From Sedimentisphaeraceae bacterium JB056 (GTDB lineage: Bacteria; Planctomycetota; Phycisphaerae; Sedimentisphaerales; Sedimentisphaeraceae), in contig JBITAJ010000012.1 in NCBI GenBank assembly GCA_044440125.1, positions 249,164 to 313,163 on the forward strand: 64,000 nucleotides of DNA, written 5' to 3'. Positions 1 to 9,708 of this stretch are shown here, piece by piece. The notes under the pieces are model-generated. The model had not been told where the DNA came from. It was given only the letters and a program-made list of their open reading frames with translations, and ran no database searches. Position 1 is the first letter of the stretch; each line of letters begins with the position of its first letter. The translations under genes were made by a program, and so were the position numbers.

Positions 1-2883
1 GTTGATGTTGGCGGCTTATGTGGAGCTGTTGTGTCAGGTGAAATTACTCAAAGTTATTCGACAGGAAAAATATTAGGGCTTTCTATAAGAATAGGTGGTT
101 TATGTGGCTTTTCGGATGAGAGCTACATAAAAGATTGTTATTCAGAGTGTGATGTTACTGCCGTGAATGTTCCTATAGGAGGATTCTGCGGTTTAATTAG
201 TGGAGGTTATTTAGAGAATTGTTTTAGTACAGGAAAGGTACTGAAGGGTTACCCTTTTGCTCACATTAATGATGTTGATTATTTGGACAGTTGTTTTTGG
301 TTGACTGATAGTAATCCAGATGCAGAATATGGTATTCCATCAGATACAATGCTCTATCCAGGTGTAGTTACAGGTTTAAATTTATACCAAATGTCAAGAC
401 AATTAAACTTTACTTCTGATAATTGGGATTTTGTCGGGGAGAGTTATAATGGCAATCTTGGTATATGGTATATGCCTGCGGATGGACATCCTTTATTATC
501 GTGGCAGGATGAGGTCCCGCATCATAAAGTTACGTTTATATCAGGTGACTATGGGAAATTAACAGAAGATTCAGGTATAGGGCAATTAACAGAGGTAGTT
601 CAGTTTGTAGCAGAAGGTAAAAGTGCTACCTCTCCAATTATTGAATCCAACTATAGTAATTACAGTTGGATTGGATGGGATAAGGATTTCAGCAATGTAA
701 CGAGTGATTTAACTGTTAATGCGTTATATGAAGATGTAGAAAAAGGAGATGGTTCTGAGAGTAATCCTTACAAGATATACACAGTTGCAGATTTTGAGGA
801 AATTAATAGTTCTCCAACAGCCTGTTATCTATTGATGAATGATATCAATTTAAGTGGTCAGGAGTATCCTGGTTGCGTCATAAATAGTTTTTATGGGATA
901 TTTGATGGTAACGGTTCTGAGTTGTATGGGTTAACTGGCAACGGATTTTTCAGTCAATTAGCACAAGGGGCTGTTGTGAAGAATCTTGGTTTAACCAAGG
1001 TGACTATTAATTCAGTATATGATAAATTAGGTGCGATTGCGGGTGTTAGTGATGGTGTTATCCAAAACTGCTATGTAAAAGATGCTTTTATAAAGGGGGG
1101 GACAGATATTGGAGGACTTTGCGGTGAAAGTCGTGATATAATTAGCTCCAGTTATAGTTTGGGCAGAATAATAGGTAGTAATCGTGTTGGAGGACTTAGC
1201 GGATATGTTAGTGATGGTGAAATATTAGATTGCTATTCTGGTTGTGATGTAGAAGCCGGCCTTAGTTATAGGAGTGGTGGGCTTATTGGAAAATTGAATT
1301 CATATGCTATAAACTGCTATTCTACAGGTACAATAAAAAAGAGTATTTATGATGATTTAGATAATGCTTTCGTTGGTACACCGCTGGGGTATGTTTTTGA
1401 CTCTTTCTGGTTGTTAGATAGTAATCCAGATATAGAGGATAATGCTATCTCATATTTAGGTCTTAGAGGTATAAATGGACTTGAGATGTCAAGTTTGTCG
1501 AATTTTATTGATGCCGGTTGGGATTTTGTTGGAGAATCTAATAATGGTAGTCTTGATAAATGGTACATGCCTCAGGATGGATTTCCTATTTTAAGTTGGC
1601 AGGATGAGGTACCGCATTACAGAGTATCCTTTTTAGTAGGCGATAATGGAAATATAATTTCAGGTGAGGCTGTTCAGGAAGTCATTGCAGGTACAAGTGC
1701 TGTTTCACCTGTAGTGGAATCTTATGGTGCTTATAAATGGGTTGGCTGGGATGTTGATTTTCGCTGTGTGATGAGCGACTTGATAATAAATGCGGTATAT
1801 ATTGATTCTGAAGGAACAGGCGATGGTTCGTCTGAGAATCCGATACAGATCTTTACCGCAGATGACCTTGATAAAATTAATAATGCGCCTGACCTTTGTT
1901 ATATTCTTATGGATGATATAAATCTTGCTGGTCGGGTTTATAATAGATGCGTTATTGAGTTTTTCTCAGGTTTTTTTGATGGGAATGGTCATTCTCTTTA
2001 CAATATGACTATAGGTGATAGACTCTATGAAGGTGGCGTTCCCGGGGCAGGACTGTTCTGTTTCATTGAGCCCGATGGGTTAGTTAAAGACCTCAAATTG
2101 ATTGATTTTACGATAACCATTAATGAAAATTTAGTTTGTGGAGCACTTGCTTCTCATAATAGCGGAATTGTCTCAGGTTGCAGCGCCGAGGGCTTTATAG
2201 AATCTTATTACGGGCTTCCTGTGCAATCAGGTGGGCTGTGCGGAATTAACGATGGGCTTGTGGAAAAATCATATTCAAAAGGTTCCATATTTGGCGGTAG
2301 TGCAGGTGGTTTATGTTGTATTAATCAGGGAGTTATTAAAAATTGTTTTTCAGAATGCTATATTTCAGAAGTTGAGCAAGGTGGCGGCCTTTGTTATGCA
2401 AATTCAGAGACCATGGAAAACTGTTATTCGTCAGGATATGGCGATAAGAATGAATTCGGAGAAATGGAAATAGCCGCCTTTTGCTATGATACACTTGGAA
2501 TAATCACAAACTGTTTCTGGAATACTCAGACTTATGGGGTTGAGGATTTGCCGGGTGTTGGGGTATATAATGGTGATTCTTCGGGCGTTGTTGGTATAGG
2601 AAACGCTCAGATGGCTTATCCTAATACCTTTTCAAATGCCGGTTGGGATTTAGCCGGTCGTTTGGGTGATGGATTTGAGGAAATATGGGTGGTTTCCGGC
2701 GGCGAGTTTCCGCAATTATCAGGCCTTGAGCCGGTAAGTTTTGACAATCAGGACGTTATTGGTATGATAAGCCAATGGCTTGGTGATGGTGATTATGATA
2801 TATATCCCGATGGCGGGGATGGTGTTGTTGATATAAGAGATTGGGCATGGGTAGCTAAAGGCTGGGCCAATCAGGATTTATAA
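1..2883 (+). CDS. GLUG-motif repeat surface protein (5' truncated) with InlB-B/Flg_new-like spacers and a C-terminal dockerin-like motif
   Basis: Frame is open from position 1 (VDVGGLCG...). Many GGLCG/GGLIG (GLUG) motifs, 'GDGSESNPYKIYT' and 'FDGNG' domain starts, WDFVGESxNG repeated about 365 aa apart, C-terminal 'DGVVDIRDWAWVAKGW'. Confidence 0.8.
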   Translation, partial: VDVGGLCGAVVSGEITQSYSTGKILGLSIRIGGLCGFSDESYIKDCYSECDVTAVNVPIGGFCGLISGGYLENCFSTGKVLKGYPFAHINDVDYLDSCFWLTDSNPDAEYGIPSDTMLYPGVVTGLNLYQMSRQLNFTSDNWDFVGESYNGNLGIWYMPADGHPLLSWQDEVPHHKVTFISGDYGKLTEDSGIGQLTEVVQFVAEGKSATSPIIESNYSNYSWIGWDKDFSNVTSDLTVNALYEDVEKGDGSESNPYKIYTVADFEEINSSPTACYLLMNDINLSGQEYPGCVINSFYGIFDGNGSELYGLTGNGFFSQLAQGAVVKNLGLTKVTINSVYDKLGAIAGVSDGVIQNCYVKDAFIKGGTDIGGLCGESRDIISSSYSLGRIIGSNRVGGLSGYVSDGEILDCYSGCDVEAGLSYRSGGLIGKLNSYAINCYSTGTIKKSIYDDLDNAFVGTPLGYVFDSFWLLDSNPDIEDNAISYLGLRGINGLEMSSLSNFIDAGWDFVGESNNGSLDKWYMPQDGFPILSWQDEVPHYRVSFLVGDNGNIISGEAVQEVIAGTSAVSPVVESYGAYKWVGWDVDFRCVMSDLIINAVYIDSEGTGDGSSENPIQIFTADDLDKINNAPDLCYILMDDINLAGRVYNRCVIEFFSGFFDGNGHSLYNMTIGDRLYEGGVPGAGLFCFIEPDGLVKDLKLIDFTITINENLVCGALASHNSGIVSGCSAEGFIESYYGLPVQSGGLCGINDGLVEKSYSKGSIFGGSAGGLCCINQGVIKNCFSECYISEVEQGGGLCYANSETMENCYSSGYGDKNEFGEMEIAAFCYDTLGIITNCFWNTQTYGVEDLPGVGVYNGDSSGVVGIGNAQMAYPNTFSNAGWDLAGRLGDGFEEIWVVSGGEFPQLSGLEPVSFDNQDVIGMISQWLGDGDYDIYPDGGDGVVDIRDWAWVAKGWANQDL

Positions 2884-2895
2884 AAGAGTTGCAGT

Positions 2896-4032
2896 GTGAG
2901 CAAAGAAAGTAAATATACAGTTTATGGCAAGAAAATCGACACTCTGATTGATGGGCATCTTGAACGCATCAATGAGGGGGTGTTGTCTATTGTTGGCGAG
3001 GCTGATCTTGAGGCTGTTATTCTTTGCGGTGGTTATGGTCGTGGCGAAGGCGGGGTGTTTATTGGTGCTGATGGAACCGAAAACCTGTATAACGACTATG
3101 ATATGATGGTTTTGATAAAGCCAGTAAGCGGTGAGAAAAAGGCTCAATACAAACGTGAGCTTACTGAATTTGGTGAGCATATGGGTGAAGATATAGGCAT
3201 TGATGTTGATTTCGGGCCGCTGAAAACCGTCAGCCAGATCAAAAACAGTGAATTTACTCTTTTCAATTATGAGTTCAAATATGGGCATATGGTAACATAC
3301 GGCCCGCAGGACATACTCGACAATATACCAGAATTTGACGGCAACCAGATACCAATCATAGAAGCAACCAAGCTGCTTCTTAACAGGGCGGTTGGCCTTT
3401 TGCTTTCGAAGGAGAAGCTAAAAGCAGGCAAGCTTTCCGAGACTGATAATGAATTTGTGACGAGGAATATCTACAAGGCGATTATGGCTTCGGGAGATGC
3501 CGTACTTATGTGCGAAGGTACGTATGACTACTCCTACAGCAAGCGTCTTGAACTTATGAAAGCGATTAAGGGCTCATCCTTAGTCAGGCAGCTTGATATA
3601 TATGAGCTTTACTGCGATTCCATGAAGTATAAGTTTGTGCCGGAGAAGAATATCTACGATGAAAAACAGTTGTCAGAGCTTCTTGAAAAGGCTTCTGACC
3701 AACTTATGGAGATGTTTTATAAGACAGCAGCCAAAGCGCATAATGCTGACAGCAATAATACTTACAGAATATTCTCCAGAGGGATGTTTAATGAGTGCTG
3801 CTTGAAATCGCTGGTTAAAAATGTGCTTCTTAATTTTAAAACGTTTAAGTCCAAGGCGTTCAATATTAACTGGCTAATGAAATATCCAAGATACCGCCTT
3901 TTTTACAGTCTGCCGTTTTTGATGGGGTGCGAAAGTAAGCCGTCAAAAGCAGAAGTACTTAATGCGTTAGGTATTAGCAGCGATTATGATATTCATAAGA
4001 GATTTATCACTTTGTGGGAAAGATTTGGCTGA
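2896..4032 (+). CDS. Pol-beta-superfamily nucleotidyltransferase-like protein with C-terminal helical domain
   Basis: 'VILCGGYGRGEG...NDYDMMV...IDVD' fits the G[GS]...DxD plus third Asp signature; no signal peptide. Confidence 0.7.
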   Translation: MSKESKYTVYGKKIDTLIDGHLERINEGVLSIVGEADLEAVILCGGYGRGEGGVFIGADGTENLYNDYDMMVLIKPVSGEKKAQYKRELTEFGEHMGEDIGIDVDFGPLKTVSQIKNSEFTLFNYEFKYGHMVTYGPQDILDNIPEFDGNQIPIIEATKLLLNRAVGLLLSKEKLKAGKLSETDNEFVTRNIYKAIMASGDAVLMCEGTYDYSYSKRLELMKAIKGSSLVRQLDIYELYCDSMKYKFVPEKNIYDEKQLSELLEKASDQLMEMFYKTAAKAHNADSNNTYRIFSRGMFNECCLKSLVKNVLLNFKTFKSKAFNINWLMKYPRYRLFYSLPFLMGCESKPSKAEVLNALGISSDYDIHKRFITLWERFG

Positions 4033-5177
4033 TGGGTAAGAAACTGACATTATTCGTATTTATCGATGCCTTTGGCTGGGAAGTCTATCAGAATTACGGT
4101 TTTCTGGGTGATTTACTTCCGAATGCGAGGAGGCTTGAAACAACATTCGGTTTTTCCTCTGCGGCAGACCCTTCGATTCTTACAGGCAGATATCCCGATG
4201 AACATACTCATTGGTCGTGTTTTTACTATTCGCCGGAGACCTCGCCGTTTAAGTGTATGAAGCTTGTATCCTTTTTGCCACGCAAGATATTCGATCGCTG
4301 GAGAATCAGGCATTGGATGAGTAAGATACTGGGCAAGATCTACGGCTGGACGGGTTATTTCGAGCTTTACAGTGTACCGTTTGCCGCATTGCCGTATTTT
4401 GATTATTCAGAGAAAAAGGACTATTTCGTTCCCGGCGGGATAATGCGTACAGATACAATTTTTGATTATTGTGTCGAAAAAGGTATAAAATATCATTGCT
4501 CTAACTGGCGAAAAGGCGAAAATGAGGTGATTGCCGATCTCAAAGGTCATATTGAGCAGGGCGAGATTGAGTTTTCGTATCTGTATTTGCCGAAGCTTGA
4601 TGCGGTTATGCATCAGTATGGTACAGTGGCTCCTCAAGTTGAAGATAAAATACACTGGCTTGAAGAGCAGATAAAGGATGTTTATGAATTTGCCGGTGAA
4701 CATTATGATGAGGTTGCCTTATACGCAATATCCGATCATGGTATGGCAAATGTTACGGGCAGTGTTGATCTTATCTCAAAGATCGAAGCGACTGGTTTGA
4801 AATTCGGTGATGATTATGTTGCTATGTACGATTCAACGATGGCCAGATTCTGGTTCATGAATGAAGGAAGTGCCGAGAAAATAAACTCAGTTCTCAAAGA
4901 GGTGGAAGAAGGTTATATAGTATCAGATGAAGAAATGAAAGATATGCATGTATTCTTCCCTGATTACCGATTTGGAGAGACTATATTTTTGATCAATGCC
5001 GGAACTTTGATCGTCCCGAGTTTTATGGGGCTTACTTCGATTCCGGGTATGCACGGCTATCATCCTCACGACAAGGATTCTTATAGCTTCATACTTGGAA
5101 ACCGGCCTATTGGTGAGAATATAAACTCTATAACTGACATTAGAAAGGTAATGGAACAGGAACTGAACGATGTATGA
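4032..5177 (+). CDS. Alkaline phosphatase superfamily, type I phosphodiesterase/nucleotide pyrophosphatase-like
   Basis: Motifs FIDAFG, FSSAADPSILTG, DAVMH, SDHGM, GMHGY. The ATG at 4032 overlaps the upstream stop (TGATG). Confidence 0.85.
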   Translation: MGKKLTLFVFIDAFGWEVYQNYGFLGDLLPNARRLETTFGFSSAADPSILTGRYPDEHTHWSCFYYSPETSPFKCMKLVSFLPRKIFDRWRIRHWMSKILGKIYGWTGYFELYSVPFAALPYFDYSEKKDYFVPGGIMRTDTIFDYCVEKGIKYHCSNWRKGENEVIADLKGHIEQGEIEFSYLYLPKLDAVMHQYGTVAPQVEDKIHWLEEQIKDVYEFAGEHYDEVALYAISDHGMANVTGSVDLISKIEATGLKFGDDYVAMYDSTMARFWFMNEGSAEKINSVLKEVEEGYIVSDEEMKDMHVFFPDYRFGETIFLINAGTLIVPSFMGLTSIPGMHGYHPHDKDSYSFILGNRPIGENINSITDIRKVMEQELNDV

Positions 5178-7212
5178 AAGCCAGGAAAATATTGCAGCGG
5201 CCAATGCACCGTCGGTTAAAAAGGAAGCGCCGGGAGTAAGTCTGCTTATACGCTTGAATATCAAGTATATAATCAAGCTTCTTGTGCTCTGGATGATACC
5301 GATAACTCTTATATCCCTGCTCACCGGTCTGTCTTCTTATTTGCTCATATCAAAGTATAAGTCAAAGGTCTATATGGCAAGGACGCTGCTTCTTCGTTAT
5401 GAGAAGGGAGTCTCGAGAACAAGCGATGTGCCGTATCTGTATCCGGAGATCAATCTTAATACTCTTCTTGAAACAGTTAAGCTTCCTCAGAACCTTGAGG
5501 CTGTTATAGACAAGCTTGGTCTTGATCTCAGCGAGAGTGAACTCTTTGATATTATATATGTTCAGCCGGGCAACAGGTCTAATACGATACATATATTCGT
5601 ATACTACAGTGACCCTGTTTTGGCTGCAACTATTGCAAATACTATCAGTGAGGTTTATATTGATGCGTATTCTCGCATTTTCAACTCAGCGGCGGGAAAA
5701 ATGTATGAGTATTACTTATCCCAACGCAATGTTGTGATGAAAGAGGTTAGTGAGGCAGAGGAAAGCTTGCTTGCCTATCGGGAAGCCAAGGGGCTCTATA
5801 TGGCCGATGAAGAGCTAAAACTCAAACTGAAACAGCTTAGTGAAACCGATCTGAAGCATGAAGAAGCAGGCTTGAAGAAAAAGGAGCTTGCTTCCAAGGT
5901 AAATGACCTCAAGGAACGAATAGGGAAGCTTCCTGATACTGTGAAAATAAGTGAGACCATGACGAGCCAGAGAGAAAAGGAATTGCAATTTCTCCAGCGT
6001 GAACTCGAACTTATGCTTCAGAAATATACAGAGTCTCACCCAGAGGTTTTAGAGCTTAAGATGAAGATAGAACAGCTCGAAAGTGAGCTTCGTGATGGGT
6101 CTGAAAGCAATAAAACGCTTCCTGACAGTGAGACATTTGCTCAAAATTCCCTAAAACAATCGCTGATACTTGAGCTTAACCGAATGGAAAATGAGCTTAA
6201 TGCTCTTGACGAACAAATGGAAGCTTACCAGGAGATGATGGGCAATATACAAAATGAGCTCCATGATCTCAGCAGTGTTCAGGAGACGTATTTTAATCTT
6301 AAGCAGAAAGTTGATTCAGCTCGTGAGCTTCTTGACACCGTTGACAAGAGAATTTCTGATGCCAGAATCGCAAGAGATGCTAATACCCATGATATTGCAA
6401 TACTTGAGCGTGCCGTTCCTCCTGTTTCTCCGGAAGCAACGGGCCGCAAGCTCATGGCAATAATTTCAACCTTTGGTATGGCTTTCATTGGTCTTGTCTT
6501 CATAATGGCTTATGCGATATTCAGCCCTGGTGTCAAGGTTCCAAGTGATATAGATTCGATGCCAGCGGTTGAGTTTATAGGTGTCTTGCCGAGAAAGAAG
6601 AATTCTACCCTTGCTACTTATTTTTCAACGCTTCAAGTCGTTGTAAATAGAATTGATGATCATTTCAATGATGATAAGCCTACTTTGATAACTTTCTCTT
6701 CACTTAAACGAAAAGAAGGAAAGAGTACTATCATTGATGATATTACCGATATGAAGTCGACTACCGGTAAGAAGATACTGATACTCAAACGCGTGAGGGA
6801 GAGTGAGTACAACAGAAATATTCAGATACCAGAAAGTTCAATAGTTAACCTTGGTTCTATTGGTGATGAGGTGTCCGAGCGTCCTAAGCCCGTTGAGCTG
6901 AGCGGTAATATATCTCGCTTGTACTATATAGTTGATCGTAATATAAGCAAGATGAATATAACACCTGAGACGGTTAATAATCTGCTTAATAACTATAATG
7001 ATTATGACTATATATTCATAGAATTGTTCCCTCCAAAACGCAATCTTCAGGTTTCTTCCTGTTTCATGCGTATGGCTGATTACAATATTCTTATAACATG
7101 TTATGGCAAGAACAACTTTGCAGTGATCGACAAAATTACAAGAAGTGCTGTAAGGGGAACTGAACGCAAGATAGGAACTGTAATAAATTGTGGCGATCTG
7201 AGTCTTGTTTGA
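5170..7212 (+). CDS. Polysaccharide co-polymerase / chain-length determinant (Wzc/GumC-like)
   Basis: N-terminal TM, long coiled coil with 'YTESHPEV', 'ERAVPPVSP' before the second TM, C-terminal Walker-A-like 'SSLKRKEGKST'. Confidence 0.85.
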   Translation: MYESQENIAAANAPSVKKEAPGVSLLIRLNIKYIIKLLVLWMIPITLISLLTGLSSYLLISKYKSKVYMARTLLLRYEKGVSRTSDVPYLYPEINLNTLLETVKLPQNLEAVIDKLGLDLSESELFDIIYVQPGNRSNTIHIFVYYSDPVLAATIANTISEVYIDAYSRIFNSAAGKMYEYYLSQRNVVMKEVSEAEESLLAYREAKGLYMADEELKLKLKQLSETDLKHEEAGLKKKELASKVNDLKERIGKLPDTVKISETMTSQREKELQFLQRELELMLQKYTESHPEVLELKMKIEQLESELRDGSESNKTLPDSETFAQNSLKQSLILELNRMENELNALDEQMEAYQEMMGNIQNELHDLSSVQETYFNLKQKVDSARELLDTVDKRISDARIARDANTHDIAILERAVPPVSPEATGRKLMAIISTFGMAFIGLVFIMAYAIFSPGVKVPSDIDSMPAVEFIGVLPRKKNSTLATYFSTLQVVVNRIDDHFNDDKPTLITFSSLKRKEGKSTIIDDITDMKSTTGKKILILKRVRESEYNRNIQIPESSIVNLGSIGDEVSERPKPVELSGNISRLYYIVDRNISKMNITPETVNNLLNNYNDYDYIFIELFPPKRNLQVSSCFMRMADYNILITCYGKNNFAVIDKITRSAVRGTERKIGTVINCGDLSLV

Positions 7213-7222
7213 GAGTGATAAA

Positions 7223-8284
7223 ATGAACTACCGATTAATATCTATAAATCTTGTTATATTGTTGGCCGCATTGTTTTGCGGCTGCGAGCAAAGAGAGCGT
7301 TTTGTTAAATACGACAAAGTGTCACCGGAACTGGATGTGATATCATATACTTATGTTGGCAAGCCGGTTCGTACTGAGCAGCAGGTTGTCGAGGAACTCA
7401 AAGAGCTTCAGAAGGTTGGGACAGAAGCTTATCGTATAGGTATGTCAGATGTGTTCGGTTTTTCTGTCTTCGGAGAAAAGTCGCTTGAGGTGACTGATGT
7501 TGTTGTCAGGACCGACGGCTGCATTACTTTGCCGCTTATAGGTGATGTTGATGTTGAAGGGCTTACTATGCCTGAGGCTACTTCTCTTATTGACCAGAAA
7601 TACAAAAAGTATCTTCTTGAGCCGAGATGCATACTTATGCCTAAAGAAATAAACAGCGGAAGCTTTACCATTCTTGGCAAGATAGTCCATCCGGGTGTAT
7701 ATCCGATTGGAAGAAAAATGACGCTTGTGGATGCCGTTGCAACCTCTGGCGGTTTTGCAATAGGATACTTTCGAGGCAATACGGTGGAGATGGCAGATCT
7801 TGAGCATTCTTATGTAGTAAGAGATAATGAAGTGCTGCCGGTGGATTTTGTTCGTCTTATAAAGGACGGTGATATGCTCCACAATATTCCGATAAGACCG
7901 AGTGATTATATTTATGTTCCTTCTGCGAGAAATCAGGAAGTTTATGTTCTTGGTGCGGTTGCTTCTCCTGAGGCTTATGGCTATCGTGATGATATGACTG
8001 TCTCGCATGCTATTGCGGCAGCTCGCGGTTTTGTCTCAGGTTCTCAAAGACGAGATATCAGGGTCCTAAGAGGCAGCTTGAGCAATCCGGTTATATTTAA
8101 TGTTGATTATACCAAGGTTGAAACGGCACTTCAGCCTGATTTCAAGCTTCGTCCCGGAGATATTGTGTATGTACCTCACACAACATTGTTCAAATGGAAC
8201 GATATTGTTACACAGATATTGCCAAGTATACAGTTGCTTGATCATGCGGGTATAACTAATAATGATGGTGATGCCGGAAATTAA
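7223..8284 (+). CDS. Polysaccharide export lipoprotein (Wza/OPX, Poly_export + SLBB domains)
   Basis: Lipobox FCG-C, 'YRIGMSD', 'DGCITLPLIGDVDVEGLT', SLBB repeats ending 'LRPGDIVYVP'; ATG 7223 preferred as start. Confidence 0.9.
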   Translation: MNYRLISINLVILLAALFCGCEQRERFVKYDKVSPELDVISYTYVGKPVRTEQQVVEELKELQKVGTEAYRIGMSDVFGFSVFGEKSLEVTDVVVRTDGCITLPLIGDVDVEGLTMPEATSLIDQKYKKYLLEPRCILMPKEINSGSFTILGKIVHPGVYPIGRKMTLVDAVATSGGFAIGYFRGNTVEMADLEHSYVVRDNEVLPVDFVRLIKDGDMLHNIPIRPSDYIYVPSARNQEVYVLGAVASPEAYGYRDDMTVSHAIAAARGFVSGSQRRDIRVLRGSLSNPVIFNVDYTKVETALQPDFKLRPGDIVYVPHTTLFKWNDIVTQILPSIQLLDHAGITNNDGDAGN

Positions 8285-8342
8285 TGTTATCAAGTTTCAG
8301 TGTGTGTCAGATTCTATATATAAATCGTCGTAAGAGTTAAAT

Positions 8343-9689
8343 ATGGTTGAACTGAAATATGTTGTCTTTATGATTATGTTTGTGACGCTGGTTCCAACAG
8401 CTGCTATCGCAATCATAAGATTTCCTAAGTTCAGTTGGCTGGCGCTTTTTACCGCGATATTTTTTACTGCGAATATGGTTGATATCAATTTTGTCTCGCG
8501 AGAGACATACAGGGGAACCTCACGCGGCTTTGAGGTTGGTATGGTTGATATCGCAACACTCGTCTTGTTTGCCTATGCATTGAAAAACAGGCTTAGGTAT
8601 AAATTCAACCCTCTTCCAAGAGGCTCGCTGATATATTTTGCTTATTTTTTGTGCTGCGCAATATCAATAGTGAATTGTGAAGAAAAACTCTATGGTTTTT
8701 TTGAACTGTTCAAAATGGTCAGGATATATGTGTTCTTCTGGACGATGAACAATATCATAATATCACCAAAGGCAGTCAAAAGAGTTGTCTACTTCTTCTC
8801 GTTTGTTTCTTTGTATGTGTTTGTATATGTGTTGAGAGACAAGTATCTTTATGGGATGTATCAAAACAGCGGCCCGTTTCCGCACCAGAATTCCCTCGTG
8901 ATGTACCTGATGATACTGGCGAACATTCATTTTTCATGCTGGATGTCATCAAGAAATTTCAAGGAGATCGTGTATTGGTGTGTTGTTGTCGCCGGAGAGC
9001 TGTTCTGTATTGTTTCCACTCTCTCCCGCGCAGGCATTGCGCTTACTGCTGTCTCAATGTGTATCGTATTGCTTTTCCATATGTCGTGGCGTGTTAATTT
9101 CAAGAAATTTGCAGTTGTAGCTTTGCTTGCGGTCATGGGAATTGCCGGTCTTGCAAAGTCTCTTGATTCTATTGTCACGAGGTTTCAGACTGCTCCGGAG
9201 GAGTCGGCTAATACTCGTGTGAAGCTTGCCAAGGCTGCGGTCAAGATGGCTGATGATAAAAAAGTTGGAGTGGGTTTGAATAACTACAGCTTGAAGATGT
9301 CAACAAAATATTCTTATTCTTCGCATATAGATGTGAAAGTATCTGATAATGGAGAAGAAGAGGCCGGTGGTATTGTAGAGACCGTTTATCTCCTTATTGC
9401 CTCAGAATGCGGCTGGCATACTCTTGGCGTATACTTCTTTTTATTGCTGACGTTTTATATGAGGAATATGGTTAATTTATTTCTCACTAAGGATGTTTTC
9501 CTTAAAACTGTATGCATCGGTTTGTTTGCCGGACTTGCAGGTATATATGTTGAATCTGCGTTGGAATGGGTTCTGAAGCAGACCAATAATTTTTATCAAT
9601 TGATGATGATGTTTGCGATAATCAACGCTATAACCAGACTGCGTCAGAACGATAACAATCTGATGGAACCTCAACAGATAGAAGAATAA
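8343..9689 (+). CDS. O-antigen ligase / Wzy polymerase family membrane protein
   Basis: Multi-TM protein; 'GPFPHQNSL', 'TLSRAG', 'GVGLNNY', 'YLLIASECG' are Wzy_C-type motifs. Confidence 0.8.
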   Translation: MVELKYVVFMIMFVTLVPTAAIAIIRFPKFSWLALFTAIFFTANMVDINFVSRETYRGTSRGFEVGMVDIATLVLFAYALKNRLRYKFNPLPRGSLIYFAYFLCCAISIVNCEEKLYGFFELFKMVRIYVFFWTMNNIIISPKAVKRVVYFFSFVSLYVFVYVLRDKYLYGMYQNSGPFPHQNSLVMYLMILANIHFSCWMSSRNFKEIVYWCVVVAGELFCIVSTLSRAGIALTAVSMCIVLLFHMSWRVNFKKFAVVALLAVMGIAGLAKSLDSIVTRFQTAPEESANTRVKLAKAAVKMADDKKVGVGLNNYSLKMSTKYSYSSHIDVKVSDNGEEEAGGIVETVYLLIASECGWHTLGVYFFLLLTFYMRNMVNLFLTKDVFLKTVCIGLFAGLAGIYVESALEWVLKQTNNFYQLMMMFAIINAITRLRQNDNNLMEPQQIEE

Positions 9690-9708
9690 TTTTTCAAGGA
9701 TTTTATAT

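Noticed and set aside
2896..4032. CBASS/CD-NTase or MNT-HEPN toxin-antitoxin assignment for the nucleotidyltransferase
   Set aside because: No effector, Cap2/3 or HEPN partner nearby; the context is polysaccharide export, so it is left unassigned
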